A stretch of DNA of 61,639 bases. Origin: Macrostomum lignano. Its lineage: Eukaryota. The notes below the pieces were generated by a model, which saw only the letters and a program-made list of their open reading frames with translations, was not told where the DNA came from and ran no database searches. Below, piece by piece: positions 49,311 to 61,639 of this stretch (positions within the stretch are counted from its first letter, which is position 1; the number at the start of each line of letters is the position of its first letter). The DNA is taken from NCBI GenBank assembly GCA_002269645.1, contig NIVC01004077.1, positions 1 through 61,639 on the forward strand, in the 5' to 3' direction. Position numbers and translations under genes: made by a program.

Positions 49311-52300
49311 TCCTAGGCCATTTAATATGATCAAAACTCTCGATCCCTCAGAGCATAGAAGCTCAAGAAAAACCGAACCGCCAAGCCTATCGCGTGAGTG
49401 CAAATCCAGCTATCGGAGTTTCTTGGCTCGTTGCCAAATTGCTCTGCACCGGAGCGCGCCTGAGGCGTGGCCGAGTGGGGAAGAAGATGCATAGGACAAG
49501 ATGAGGGAGAGCGAGCACAGAGGTCGAGTCGAGATTAAAAGGGATTCCGTCCCACCCTAGCAGTCTCCTAGTCATGCTCAGAGCGCGTTGTCTCCTCACT
49601 AAAATCTGCCACACGATGATGGACACTGCAGAGGTGAAATCAATCGCTCAATCCAGTCGATGAACTCTCTATTTGAATTATTTAACTGCAGTAGCAAAGT
49701 TTTTCGTTCCACTTTTTGGCAGACTGCCAGACTTGAAGTTTTAGCACGGCAAAATGAATGGATATAAGTACACTCTTATCATCATTGGCTCATCTAAAAG
49801 CCGGACGGCTTCACAATAACTCAAGAAGAAGCTGGAGAGGTCACTTAAGTTAGAGTCGATGGAGACCCAAGCTGATAGGAAGTCATAAGGCTCTGTCCCA
49901 AGGGACAGGACGGTGAATGCAAAGGAGCAGCAGCCTAATTGACAGGTTCGTTTCATTCCGGACCTCGAAGCCCCAATTAGTGGCAGGGAGGGGCGGACAG
50001 GAGCGCTCAGCGCCCTAACTGGCAAATCCAATAAGCCAATGCTGCTATTTAGACTCTTGTTCAGCTGCCGCTTGGCTTGACAGTCAGCTTCTTGTAATAT
50101 AAAAATAGCACTCACAACCTTTGCTCTAATATAATCTGAGACTCCGTCCCGTTCCAATCAGATTTACAGTTTTACTGCCGGCATGATATCCTCTGCGGCG
50201 TACACAAAGCACAAAGTCGGTCCCCTTCCCCTCGGCCAGGGAGACTCAGCATCAGAGTCTGGCAGACTCAGTTTGCACACCACTGGATAGGTCGAGCTTT
50301 TGAGATTTGATTTGGTTCAACCGACTTCGTTTCAGAACTTGGTCTCATTTTAACTCTGATTCTCTGAACAAATTCAGATTTAAAATGAGAGAAGAGCTGT
50401 TACACCAGGTTCTTGTTCCCGGTCTCCATGCCTCGGGCTTATTTTTCCCACTCTAAAATCCCCCCTTCCCCATTGCCCTACTTCATCCCCAATTGACGAC
50501 TATATGACTCACACAGCGGCCCCGTCTCCCCGCCGCGGCGCGGCTGCTTGGAACAGAGACGGAACGGAAGGAGAAGCACAGAAATTATGGGGAAGGAAAA
50601 GAGCGCACGAATGGGGCGCGGAGGGGAGAAGTCGGGGAGGAGGGGGGCGGCTGCTATCAGCCCGACTCCGACCCCTCCACTCCACCCAGCGCACAAACAA
50701 ACACAAGTCAGCTGATACGCAGACCAGAGGATGACGGTCGATCGCACTCGGGCAGACTGAGGCAGGCTAAGCCGGGCTAAAGTCGGCTCCTCACATGCGA
50801 TGCCTCATCTGGTCTGGATTCCAAAAATAAGGCTTCATAGTGGTACGGGCCGCAGCCCGGGACTGCGCACTTTGCCGCCCAGTACCGCATTTATTCCTTA
50901 CTGAGCCTGAGCCGGCCCTGGGTGAATCACACAAGCATCAGAGCAAAGGGATTAAGCCTTGACTAAGCTAGCGTGCGCCGCACAATGCTTAACACTGTCT
51001 GTCGAGTGAGAAGCCTTGAGGCTAAACTCAAGAGAAAATGTCAATTGAGTTTAATTCGGAAACAACTGCGACACCATGAACTGGCATGACCCCGAGGGTG
51101 CAAGGGCTCTCCGATCAAACTAAAACTCTTGTCGGCCACCTGAACTCCTGCGCAAAGGCATTAGAGAGGCCATATTCTCAACCCACAATTACGTAACCCA
51201 CTTTCTTCTTTTACAAAAAAATGAAAACCCTGTTCAACTCTTCATGCAGCAGATCCGATGGTTAGTGCTTGCTTTAGCGACAAGAAATCCAGAAGTCGAA
51301 AGTAGCACGTCCTTCAACTGCACACGGAAGGGCATAGGTAATGCAGGCAATAAAAAAACTACCAAAACACACGATCTGGATCGGGAATCAAAAGTACGTC
51401 TGGCCCAGTGCAGAAAATCCCATAAAGTCCAACGAAGCCACTGGAGCGGGTCTTTCAAACCCAGAGGAATCCCCCTCCGACCCGCCATCTATGAATCCCG
51501 AACCTCTTCTCGGCAGTTTGGGACTACGAACTCTCACCCCACCGCCCGCCATTCATGCATTGTAAAATAATCCCCCAACAGGGGAAATTACTCCAGCAGG
51601 CGATGGAGAAATGGAAGGGAAAGCGCGGACCAGACGGACTGGGGCTGATGGGGAGGGTGGTTGGTCTGTGCGCACAGTTACCAGACAGCTGGGCTGAGCA
51701 TAGCATGATGATGCGGCCTAGAGCGAGACTGCGCGAAGGAGATACAGAAGAGCACATGGCAGGGCAGAGCTGGGAGGCACAGGCCCTCTGTATAGATAAA
51801 CTGGAGGAAAAGGCAGCTAGTGATGCTGTATCCGGGGGGGGGGGTTTGAGCAAGGCAAGCAGCAGCAGGGGGGGGGGCTACTGCTCAAGGCCAGCCGGCC
51901 CGACCCCGCAATATATTCCGGCAGCTGTCAGTTCAGCTGGCAATGCAGAACAGAATCCTCAAAGGGGGGATAAAAGTGCAGAAATGAGCTGTTCCCAATT
52001 CGGCCGAGCACAAGAGGGATCAGCTCACGGGCTAAAGCGGCTCAGACTCGCTAAAATGGCACGCAAAATGCGAAACTTCGTGCTGCCAGCTTCATCTGAC
52101 ATTTTATCTAGATCTGATCCGCACAAACCCGAATTAAATTTCACTGAGAAACAGTCCGAACATAAAACTACAAGCATACTCGAACTTGACTTGGCCAGAG
52201 ATTGCGTGCAGCCGACTGACACTGGTGATTAATAATATTGCCGCAACCAACTGGGCCAATCCATAATGATGCGATATGCGAAACTAAGGGCCCAATAAAT

Positions 52301-52519
52301 ATACACTTGCTGGCTGGCAAGAAAACACTACAAGTCAGTGCAGGAGCATCAATCATACTCGAGTGAGAGCTGTAATTACATAAGCATCGCACAGTACAGA
52401 CTTTACTGGTCTTTAGCTAGCACCGGAGCTGTGTGCACGGCATCAGATTTACCGAGGCAGCAATCGTACGCAAAAGAAAAGAGGATGAGATTTTGGTTGA
52501 GATCAGAGAAGAGATGGTA

Positions 52520-52985
52520 AAGAAAAAACGATGATGAGTTGAAGACAAAACTGCGAGTAGACGCAGACAAGAGTGGGAGTGGACAGAGAAGGTGAGATTA
52601 GACGCAGACAAGAGTGGGAGTAGAGAGAGAAGGGTGAGATTAGACGCAGACAAGAGTGGGAGTAGACAGAGAAGGATGAGAGTAGACGCAGACAAGAGTG
52701 GGAGTAGAGAGAGAAGGGTGAGATTAGACGCAGACAAGAGTGGGAGTAGACAGAGAAGGATGAGAGTAGACGCAGACAAGAGTGAGAGTAGACAGAGAAG
52801 GATGAGAGTAGACGCAGACAAGAGTGAGAGTAGACAGAGAAGGATGAGAGTAGACGCAGACAAGAGTGGGAGTAGACAGAGAAGGATGAGAGTAGACGCA
52901 GACAATAGTGGGAGTAGACAGAGAAGGGTGAGATTAAACGCAGACAAGAGTGGGAGTAGACAGAGAAGGATGAGAGTAGATGAGA
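52520..52985. repeat. 42-bp minisatellite AGAGTAGACGCAGACAAGAGTGGGAGTAGACAGAGAAGGATG
   Basis: Directly visible; gives the 14-aa periodic ORFs. Confidence 0.96.
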
Positions 52986-54443
52986 GCAACTATGAGCATC
53001 AGCAGCTGATCAATAGAAGCCGTGGCCAAGGCGGCAGAGGCCACAGCGCCCTCAGCTACATGCGCACAGCAGAATCGAATGCCTTCTCCTAACAAATTGA
53101 AGAAACTGTCGCGCCGAAGCCCCGCCAACAGCCAGCAGGCTTAGGCTAATAAATTGAAGGCCCATAGCTGGCCACTCAGCCTCATCTCATCTCGCCACAG
53201 CCTCCCCTCCCCGGCATCAGCAGGCCACTCAAAGCGACCCAGTGGCGCTCCCAGCGGGGCAGCGGGGAGAGGAGCGCTCGAAGAGGAAATGCACTAATGC
53301 ACAGGCGCCAGCTGCAAAACTCAATTTCTATTTCCACAATCGGGGAGTATTTGCTCAATGCCTTTGAAATCCTTACAGTTTAGTAAATTGGAAGAGTGAC
53401 CGCGGTTAGTTGATGGCTTTTATATAGCCAAGTGCTGAACTGTTAAGCTGCAGGCTTGGGCCAGCCGATGGGGTTACGCCGATGGAGAGGTCTCTTCTCA
53501 GCTCTCTTATACCTTCTCTCCCCTCTCTCATTTAATCTATAGTCTCTTCTCTCCTCTTATCTCATCTCTGGCATTCTCCTGTCTTATCTTATCTCTCATC
53601 TCACATTTCCTCTTCTTTCTCTCTTCTATTCCCTCTCCTCTCCTCTCATCTGGCCCGCAACCATTAAGCAAGATTTTTTACCTAGCCCTTGAGGTAGAAA
53701 AGTTTGCGGATCTGCTTGGGTTACGCAATAGACGAACTACTAAAAGAATGGCTAGAATGGCAGTTGGTGGTCCCAAGCAGCCAGACTATTGAATCTGGAG
53801 CACTCATACTAACAGAGACATCAAGCTTGTGCCCCTGCAGTTAAAAAGCATTGAAAAAACTGCTTCAAGAATGCCCCTCCCCCTCAGCCGTGGCTGCGGC
53901 TCTAATCTAACGTTAGCAGTCAGCTGGCGCTGAAGCGTCCTGTTCTGCAGAGAATTCCCTTCATTGGAAAAACATGGCCACAACCACACGCGGGGGGAAA
54001 GAGAGGCTGCAGCGAACACGGGAAACTGATGCATCTAAACTGCATCTAAGCGAGCATCCGCCATGTGGTACTGCATTGGCTATCAGTAAGCCGAGCCAGT
54101 GCTGCAGCTGCTTGACCTTTCGCGCTGGCCAGGAAATTTCAAATCGCATTGCAGCACAGCGGGACTGCAGCTCTGTCTGTCGGGATTTGAAACAAATTAA
54201 AAGCAGATTGAGTTGGGAATAAAAAGGGTTGAAAAATCTCAATGAGAAGGCCGGGTTCAATCTCGGGTCAAGGGGAAGCTCACCGATCTCCAATAACATC
54301 GCTAAAGGAGTTGCCTTCCCTAGTTCCAGCTGCCCCCTGATCCCGGATGGAGCCAGAGAGAATACAGCTTCAATCCAGCGCACTACCCATTGCGCGAGGA
54401 AATCTTATGAAAGTACATTGCGATCTTATGTCAGATTTAGCCA

Positions 54444-54758
54444 AAGCAGCTCATACATGCGCAACCTCCAAAATTCGGTCGGCCATGCGACTTAGTTTTA
54501 ACAAAAATGCGACATAGTTTTTGGCCAAAAGTGTGACTTACATGTAAAAAACCCTAAAGCAAAATTAACGCAACTTTGGGTAAACGGCAGGAGTAACTAT
54601 GACTGTCTTATTAGGTCAAAATGCCTCGTCAGCTACTTAGTACTACTACTTTAGTATCTATTTGGGTGGGCATTTTTGCGACCTCCTTGGTTGGCCGTCA
54701 AATCGGTCGGCCGGATCGGCCGACTCGGCCGACTGTTGCGCATGTATGAAGCAGCTTA
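54444..54758. mobile_element. Putative PIF/Harbinger-like MITE
   Basis: Inverted ends AAGCAGC-TCATACATGCGCAAC (54444-54465) and GTTGCGCATGTATGAAGCAGCTT (54735-54757) share a 15-bp perfect core. Subterminal TCGGTCGGCC/GGCCGAC repeats; TTA on the right flank; left TSD degenerate. Confidence 0.6.
54578..54641 (+). pseudogene. Degenerate ~65-nt 28S rRNA fragment (helix 69-71 region)
   Basis: GGGTAAACGGCAGGAGTAACTATGACTGTCTTATTAGGTCAAAATGCCTCGTCAGCTACTTAGT versus the recalled conserved 28S GGGTAAACGGCGGGAGTAACTATGACTCTCTTAAGGTAGCCAAATGCCTCGTCATCTAATTAGT. Confidence 0.85.
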
Positions 54759-56525
54759 TCCAGGTTTAAGAGAGGTCAACTGAACAGAAAGAGTAAGGAA
54801 AATGAAAATGGCAAGTCCTGGTCAGACTAGGGCCTAATGCTCAACTTGAGAACTTTGAGATCAGCCATTGTCTATGCAGAATAGCATATTAGCTACAAAC
54901 CCTAGTCTAATCTTCAATGAGAAATTGCATACATAGGCTGATATGAATATCCAAAGAGACTCAATGCTCTTTTGAATGTCAGTTATGAGCTACACAAAGC
55001 TTTGCCATATTATAGAAGCCTGCAAATTTCCTTCCTTAAGATAGGCAAAACAACTCCAAAGCTGCATGTTGGAACCTAATTGTTTTTTTATACTTATATC
55101 TAATAGTAGAAATATTAATATATAGTGTCTATATTTAGTAGAACACTAGTATTTAGTGTAAAAAATAAAACTGTCTATAAAGGACAGAACAAGCTCAATT
55201 GTAAACATGTCCAACTCATATATCACAACCCCTGGTCTGATTCCATGCATTACTTTGGGAATGAAAAATTAGCCAGTGGTTTGTAGTGTGATAGAAAAGT
55301 TCTTAATTTGAGCTAAATTCAAACTGCAAGCTGCATAGACAATATAAATTCCACACTTAATGGCAAGTTATATAAAGTATATCTACCTGTCTACTTAGCC
55401 TAGAGCTTGTATATTAATGATAGTTGGGCAATTTAGCAATCTGTTTATATCTATCTATATCTACCATAGTAGATCATGCTTATGGCAATAGACTTCTACC
55501 AAGATCATGAGCCTAGTCAGCTAACCGTTAATTTATTTTGGCAAATTTAGCAATTAATTAAAATAAAATTATAATATATATAGATCTATAAATATAGTAA
55601 TTCATAAAAATTCGCAAGACAAAAAATTTGTCAATTTACTTTAAGACTAACAAAGAATGTATAAACATTCCATACTACCTTGGTTGAACTAGTTCGACCA
55701 AATTGGCTTAGGGGCAAAATGGCCTATAGGCTGAATAGTCTAAGGATAAAACATCCATGGCAAAAATGGCTTAGGGGCAAAAAAATTAGTCACTAGACAC
55801 TTAAGACCACTAAAAAGGCCTATCATTAAATAAGATAGGCCTACTTTACTATCACTACTAAATGATACATAATTTGTATAACTTAATGTCACAATTTATT
55901 TATTACTTAATATAATTCATTTATAACAATTTGCTATTACTATAATTTTAAAAAATTCTATGTACTATTAGATATCCACACTTCAATTCCAATGCTTTTC
56001 AGTGTCTAGCATTTCAGTACCTTAGTTTGCTTTTTGGTACCTAAATTATAAGTTAGAATAGATACAAAAAATAGAAAGTGAGCCTTAATTTAACAATATA
56101 TGCTTTGCAATACTTCTTTACTTTAAATAACTAAGGTATTATTCATTTTGTGAAGCTGATCTACTGTTATAATTTTGAGAAGCCTCTCATTTTATTTAAA
56201 TCTATATATTAAATTTTTATCTCAATTTCTTAAGATATCAATCATAAGTCACGATTCAAAAAATCAATATCAAAATAGATTTGCCATGACTCACATTCTA
56301 TAAATTTGATCAAAACTAATCAATTTTGAAACAATGTGTTTCAATATTGTTGTTGATAGATTTCATCTTTACCTAACTAATTCTTCTTAGCATACATGCA
56401 AAGTGCAGCCTTGTATCTAATATAGGATATAGCAAATGCAATTAAATCAATTGGACTCTCAAAATTAAAGAAACCTACCAATTTACCATATTAGGAAAAT
56501 AAAAAGTTTTATAAAGCATTTATTA

Positions 56526-57866
56526 CAAGGGGTATTTCAAAAGTTTTAGAAAAGCCATCTTTGCATTAAGCTATAGCCTTGAAACTTTTCACAAATACTA
56601 TTTCATATACCCAAAGCCTATAGCTAAATTTTCAGCAAAATTAATTGAAATGGCCACCAGAAATCTGCAATCAAACTCTGAACCCCCCACTGCATTTCCT
56701 GCATTCTCCAAGGAGCAGTCAAGAGCCATAATGATGTTTCTGTTTCATTGAGGCTCTAGCGCAAATGAAGCTACTGCTAAGATGAAGACTGTATTGCAAG
56801 ATGAAGCTCTATCGCTTAGCACTGTACACAAGTGGTTTGGTTGCTTTAGAGCCAGCCATTTCAATCTGGCTGATGAGCCAAGAGATGGTCATCCAAGAAC
56901 ATCAACAGACTCCTTAAATGTGGCTGCTGTGCAGTGAGCATTGAACAAGGATGCAAGACTAACAATTGAGAAGATGGAGGAGAGTTTGGGCATTGATGCC
57001 ACATTGATTTGGAGGATCTTGCATGAAGATTTTGGTGTCACCAAGAAAGCTGTCAAATGGGTGCCACAAATCCTCTTGCCTGAGCAGAAGCAGCAGAGAA
57101 TTGATTTCTACAAAAATTTCCTGGATCAGTTAAAAGATGGAGCATCTGCAAACTTTCAGAATATTGTCACAGGTGATGAAGCCTAGTGTTATCAGTACGA
57201 CCCGCAAACTAAATCACAGTCAATGTTTTGGTCACTGAAAGGAGCCCCACCTCTGCAAAAGGCAAAGCAGATGAGGTCAGCTGGGAAAATCATGTTTGCA
57301 ATTTTCTTCTCACCCAGAGGCATTGTAGCCTTAGTGCCTATTGAGAAAGGCTGCACTGTGACATCTGATTGGTACATGACCAGCTTTTTGCTCATTGTGT
57401 TCAATTCCATTGCAGCTGGCCATGGCAAAGCTAAGCTATGCCACTACTTCCTACATCACAATAACGCACCTGCGCACACAATGAACAACACAGTGCAAGA
57501 CATTCATGCTTCTAGCATCAAGCTGCTGAGCACTCTGTCGTATTCACTGGATCTGGCATTGTGTGTTTTTTGGTTATTTCTGAAAATCAAGCAGCCGCTA
57601 TATGAAAGTTGTTTGACTTGTGATGAGCTGATTTTTACTGTGAATGAGCAGCTCAACTCCATTGAAAAAGCTGATTTTAAGGGTTGCTTTGATAGCTGGC
57701 TATAGCGCATGCGAATGTGTATATATGTGTATATATGTATACATATGTGTATATGTGGCAATTACATTGAGAGATCAAATTGAGATGCTGATTAATGTGT
57801 TGCAACCAGCTTTTTGATATCTGCTTGCTTTTTATCACTTTCTATGAACTTTTGAAATAACACTTG
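56526..57866 (+). mobile_element. Full-length inactive mariner element (1341 bp), transposase pseudogene from 56650
   Basis: TIRs CAAG(G/T)G(G/T)TATTTCAAAAGTT and TA TSDs (56524-56525, 57867-57868). Motifs EPRDGHP, WVPQIL, IVTGDE, HNNAPAH, YSLDLALCVF lie in one frame broken by stops. A (TATATG)n run is inserted near the 3' end. Confidence 0.93.
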
Positions 57867-58751
57867 TATACTATTATTAGATTACTTTTTTATTATTTAA
57901 GCATCATACACTAGGGCACCAAAAAGCATAGGCACCAAAAAGCATAGAAACATATTGTTATTTGTTTAGGCCCATTGAAAAAATCTTAAAACACTTTAGA
58001 AATTCTAATTAAAAAACTGTATATAAGTATAAATGCTAATCAAAATTTCAAATAGGCTTATAGTATAAGATTAAAGTTGTTTCTTGACTAGGGGCAAGCA
58101 AGCTAACCTGTTGAAGAAAGTAAAAACAAAAAGAATTTTGTAAAAATTTCAAGTATCTAATGCAAAATCCTATATACTAAAAATGAAATGTGTGTCTCTG
58201 TGAGATAGATTTCAGAAAAAACAGCTTAACCGATTTTCTTCAAACTTGCACCATTCGATCAGAAATTTTCCTGGGACAGTACATGCATCTTGGCTAAGAA
58301 ATTGCTCAATATTAAAGGGATTAAATATTCGAAAAACATGCTTTTTTGCAAAGGTCAAGCAGCTCTTTCGACCTGAAATGCATTGTAAGAATGCTAGAGA
58401 AAAAACTGACTGGCTGAATTCCGATTGTGATAAAGATTGCATCACAACCAGTTGAAAACAGTGCCGAAGAAATGCACACAAGACTTGATTTAAATTGCGT
58501 AACCATATTGCTAACTTGAATTGAGACTGATACTGGCTGACTGAGAAATTGATTATGTCATAACTTTTTACTCTAACCGACTTGCTATAAGTATTGAATT
58601 ATAAGGGCCACAAGTCATGTTCTCCAATTGAAAAGAGATAGCCGGATGCAAACAGACTGGAATGCAAATGTAGCGACCTTGGTTCGAATCTTAGTAGTGA
58701 AAAATGTTTTTTTTATTAAAACACCTTAAAAAACACAAAATTCTAAACATT

Positions 58752-59935
58752 AAAGAGCCACCATGTCGAACATTAAAAAGCCACCATGTCAAACATTAAA
58801 GAGCCACAATGTCAAACATTAAAGAGTTACCATGTCAAACATTAAAGAGCCACCATGTCGAACATTAAAGAGCCACCATGTCAAACATTAAAGAGCCACC
58901 ATGTCAAACCTAAAAGAGCCACCATGTCGAACATTAAAGAGCCACCATGTCAAACATAAAAGAGCCACCATATCAAACATAAAAGAGCCACCATGTCGAA
59001 CATTAAAAAGCCACCATGTCAAACATTAAAGAGCCACAATGTCAAACATTAAAGAGCCACCATTTCAAACCTAAAAGAGCCACCATGTCGAACATTAAAG
59101 AGCCACCATGTCGAACATAAAAGAGCCACCATATCAAACATAAAAGAGTTACCATGTCAAACATTAAAGAGCCACCATGTCGAACATTAAAGAGCCGCCA
59201 TGTCAAACATTGAAGCGACACCATGTCAAACATAAAAGAGCCACCATGTCGAACATTAAAGAGCCACCATGTCGAACATAAAAGAGCTACCATGTCAAAC
59301 ATTAAAGAGCCACCATGTTAAACATAAAAGAGCCATCATGTCAAACATATAAGTGACTTTATGTCGAACATTAAAGAGCCACCATGTCTAACATTAAAGA
59401 GCCACCATGTCCAACATTAAAGAGCCATCATGTCAAACATTAAAGAGCTACTTTGTCTAACATTAAAGAGCCACCATGTCAAACATTAAAGAGCCACCAT
59501 GTCAAACATTAAAGAGCCATCATGTCAAACATAAAAGAGCCACCTTTTTGAACATTAAAGAACCACCATTTCGAACATTAAAGAGCCACCATGTCAAACA
59601 TAATAGAGCCACCATGTCAAACATTAAAAAGCCACTTTGTCAAACATAGAAGAGCCCCCATGTCAAACATAGAAGAGCCCCCATGTCAAACATAGAAGAG
59701 CCACTATGTCAGACATTGAAAAGCCACCGTATCAAACATAAAAGAGTTACCATGTACGAGCATAGAACAAAAAAGAGCCACAATGTATAACATAAAAGAG
59801 CCACAATGTATAACAAAAAAGAGCCACAATATATAACATAAAAGAGCCACAATGTATAACAAAAAAGAGCCACAATGTATAACATAAAAGAGCCACAATG
59901 TATGACATAAAAGAGCCACCCTGTTAAACATAAAA
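58752..59935. repeat. 23-bp minisatellite AAACATTAAAGAGCCACCATGTC
   Basis: Directly visible, moderately diverged, with drift at the right end. Confidence 0.96.
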
Positions 59936-60021
59936 GATACACAATTTCAAACGTAAAAGTAAGCGAATTTTAAAGGAGCCGCTATAATGCTAAGGAAATT
60001 GTCGCACTAGCTACTTATTGT

Positions 60022-60563
60022 CTGGTGGATGCTTGCAATCTGGGGGATGCTTGCTATCTGGGGGATGCTTGCTATCTTGGGGATGCTTGCTATCTTGGGG
60101 ATGCTTGCTATCTGGGGGATGCTTGCTATCTGGGGGATGCTTGCTATCTGGGGGATGCTTGCTATCTGAGGGATGCTTGCTATCTTGGGGATGCTTGCTA
60201 TCTGGGGGATGCTTGCTATCTGGGGATGCTTGCTATCTGGGGATGCTTGCTATCTGAGGGATGCTTGCTATCTTGGGATGCTTGCTATCTTGGGGATGCT
60301 TGCTATCTGGGGGATGCTTGCTATCTTGGGGATGCTTGCTATCTGGGGGATGCTTGCTATCTGGGGGATGCTTGCTATCTGGGGGATGCTTGCTATCTTG
60401 GGGATGCTTGCTATCTGGGGATGCTTGCAATCTGGGGATGCTTGCTATCTTGGGGATGCTTGCAGTCTTGGGATGCTTGCTATCTGGGGGATGCTTGCTA
60501 TCTTGGGGATGCTTGCTATCTTGGGGATGCTTGCTATCTGGGGGATGCTTGCAGTCTTGGGAT
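60022..60563. repeat. 17/18-bp minisatellite GGGGATGCTTGCTATCT(G/T)
   Basis: Directly visible. Confidence 0.97.
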
Positions 60564-61639
60564 GATTTCTTTTTGCAATGCACTTCATTTGAGCAGTTTG
60601 TCTATTGTCTTTTTGAAGGATTTTTGGCTGTCTTTTTGTTACTTGTAGAAAACAGAGATTCTATCCAGATGTCCCCCATCGGGGGCGAAGATTGCTAGTA
60701 TTTGCTAATTGACTGAAAAAATACTGTAGGCCTATTTACTATTATGCTATTATTATATTGGCTTAGCCTGGCTTAGGATTCTGATCTTATTTTAGCATTC
60801 TGAGCCATAATTAGAAATTATAATAGGTTGTATTTTTTAAATTATATAAATTATTAGAAGTTTTTAATTGTTCTTGAATGAAGCCAAAAATAGGTCTTTT
60901 TATATATCTATCAGTTCTCAAATAACATCTTGAAGTTATATGACAAATAACATTTAAAAAGGCAGTAAAAAAATTTATTCCTAATCAAAACAGTTTAGTG
61001 AGATCACAAATTTAACACATGGGATGCACCACAATTGATAGCTTGTTTTTAGTTTATACATTTCTATTCTAGCCAAGTTGTTAAGTTTTGATTTTTGTCT
61101 TTGGTTGGTTGGGGTCTTTACTCTTTATTTTAATTTTTTTCAACAACTTCAACAACTCACTGTTAGGCACCAGGTGTTCGTTCCAGAATACTAACAAGAA
61201 TTTGTAACAATTAAACTTCTTTTCTGGCTTTTCGTGATCCTGAAGGTTGAAAAACTATCATGATAACGAAAGCATCGATATCAAACAATAGGGTCGGCTG
61301 GTCCATTTCAATGAAATCAACTGTTTAAAAAATTGACACGCATTATTTAAAGCGTAAAACAAACCTCTCTTTTAAATTCTCGTTTCTACCGACTTGACAA
61401 CTTAAAAAAAACATACATAATCTCTGCATCAAATATAAAATAAACATCGCGATCGGGTACTTGCTTCGAAATTATGTGAGGAGCAGCATAGTTTATATAA
61501 ATGTGCCTCAAAATGCATAGTGAATCGGCTAGCTAGTTCATTTTTACAGAAAAATAGCGATACTTATTACTAAAAGCAAAAGCAGATCGAATGTTCGTCT
61601 TTTGGAAGAGCATTGCCAGATAATTTTTTGCGAAAAAAG

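Noticed and set aside
49741-54383. 100-225-aa ORFs upstream of the RhoGEF
   Set aside because: Often non-ATG starts, no recognisable motifs, and composition unlike the strongly GC3-biased real genes.
54578-54641. Functional rRNA gene
   Set aside because: Only ~65 nt, with several substitutions in invariant positions and no flanking rDNA.
58620-58700. tRNA gene (GGTTCGAATC B-box-like)
   Set aside because: No convincing A box or cloverleaf stems. The similar relic at ~18840-18910 on the minus strand was also left uncalled.
19257-60698. Other long periodic ORFs ([51 protein letters not shown] and similar)
   Set aside because: All coincide with tandem arrays; several frames and both strands are open simply because the units lack stop codons.

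Overview
Eukaryotic (metazoan) genomic DNA with GT-AG introns. It is most likely from a flatworm, probably a free-living one such as Macrostomum; this is inferred from an EF-hand+dynein-light-chain (TAL-type) gene, GC-rich coding sequence and minisatellite-filled introns. Genes reconstructed by hand, with splice phases checked: a tiny secreted-peptide candidate (-), a 6-exon 4-coumarate-CoA-ligase/luciferase-family acyl-CoA synthetase (+), intronless TIM23 (-), a group I PAK kinase (+), an intronless TSP1-domain membrane protein (+), an orphan acidic protein with three FxxL motifs (+), a TAL protein with two alternative EF-hand first exons (+), and a large PLEKHG1/2/3-like DH-PH RhoGEF (-). 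Mobile DNA: a 5'-truncated APE-RT LINE, two copies of a tRNA-derived SINE, a decayed RAG1/Transib/Chapaev-like transposon with ~190-bp TIRs, an internally deleted Merlin element with a perfect 8-bp TSD, a PIF/Harbinger-like MITE carrying a 28S rRNA fragment, and a full-length dead mariner. More than 20 distinct tandem arrays occur; many long ORFs in the supplied track are just read-through of them. Main oddities: a shared GGCGATTCT/GGCGGATT core across unrelated arrays, arrays starting right after stop codons, arrays built from recognisable cis-elements (X-box, GC box, splice donor), and sharply bounded CpG-free TE domains. All identities come from motif recall, not database searches. Array boundaries and copy numbers are estimated by eye.
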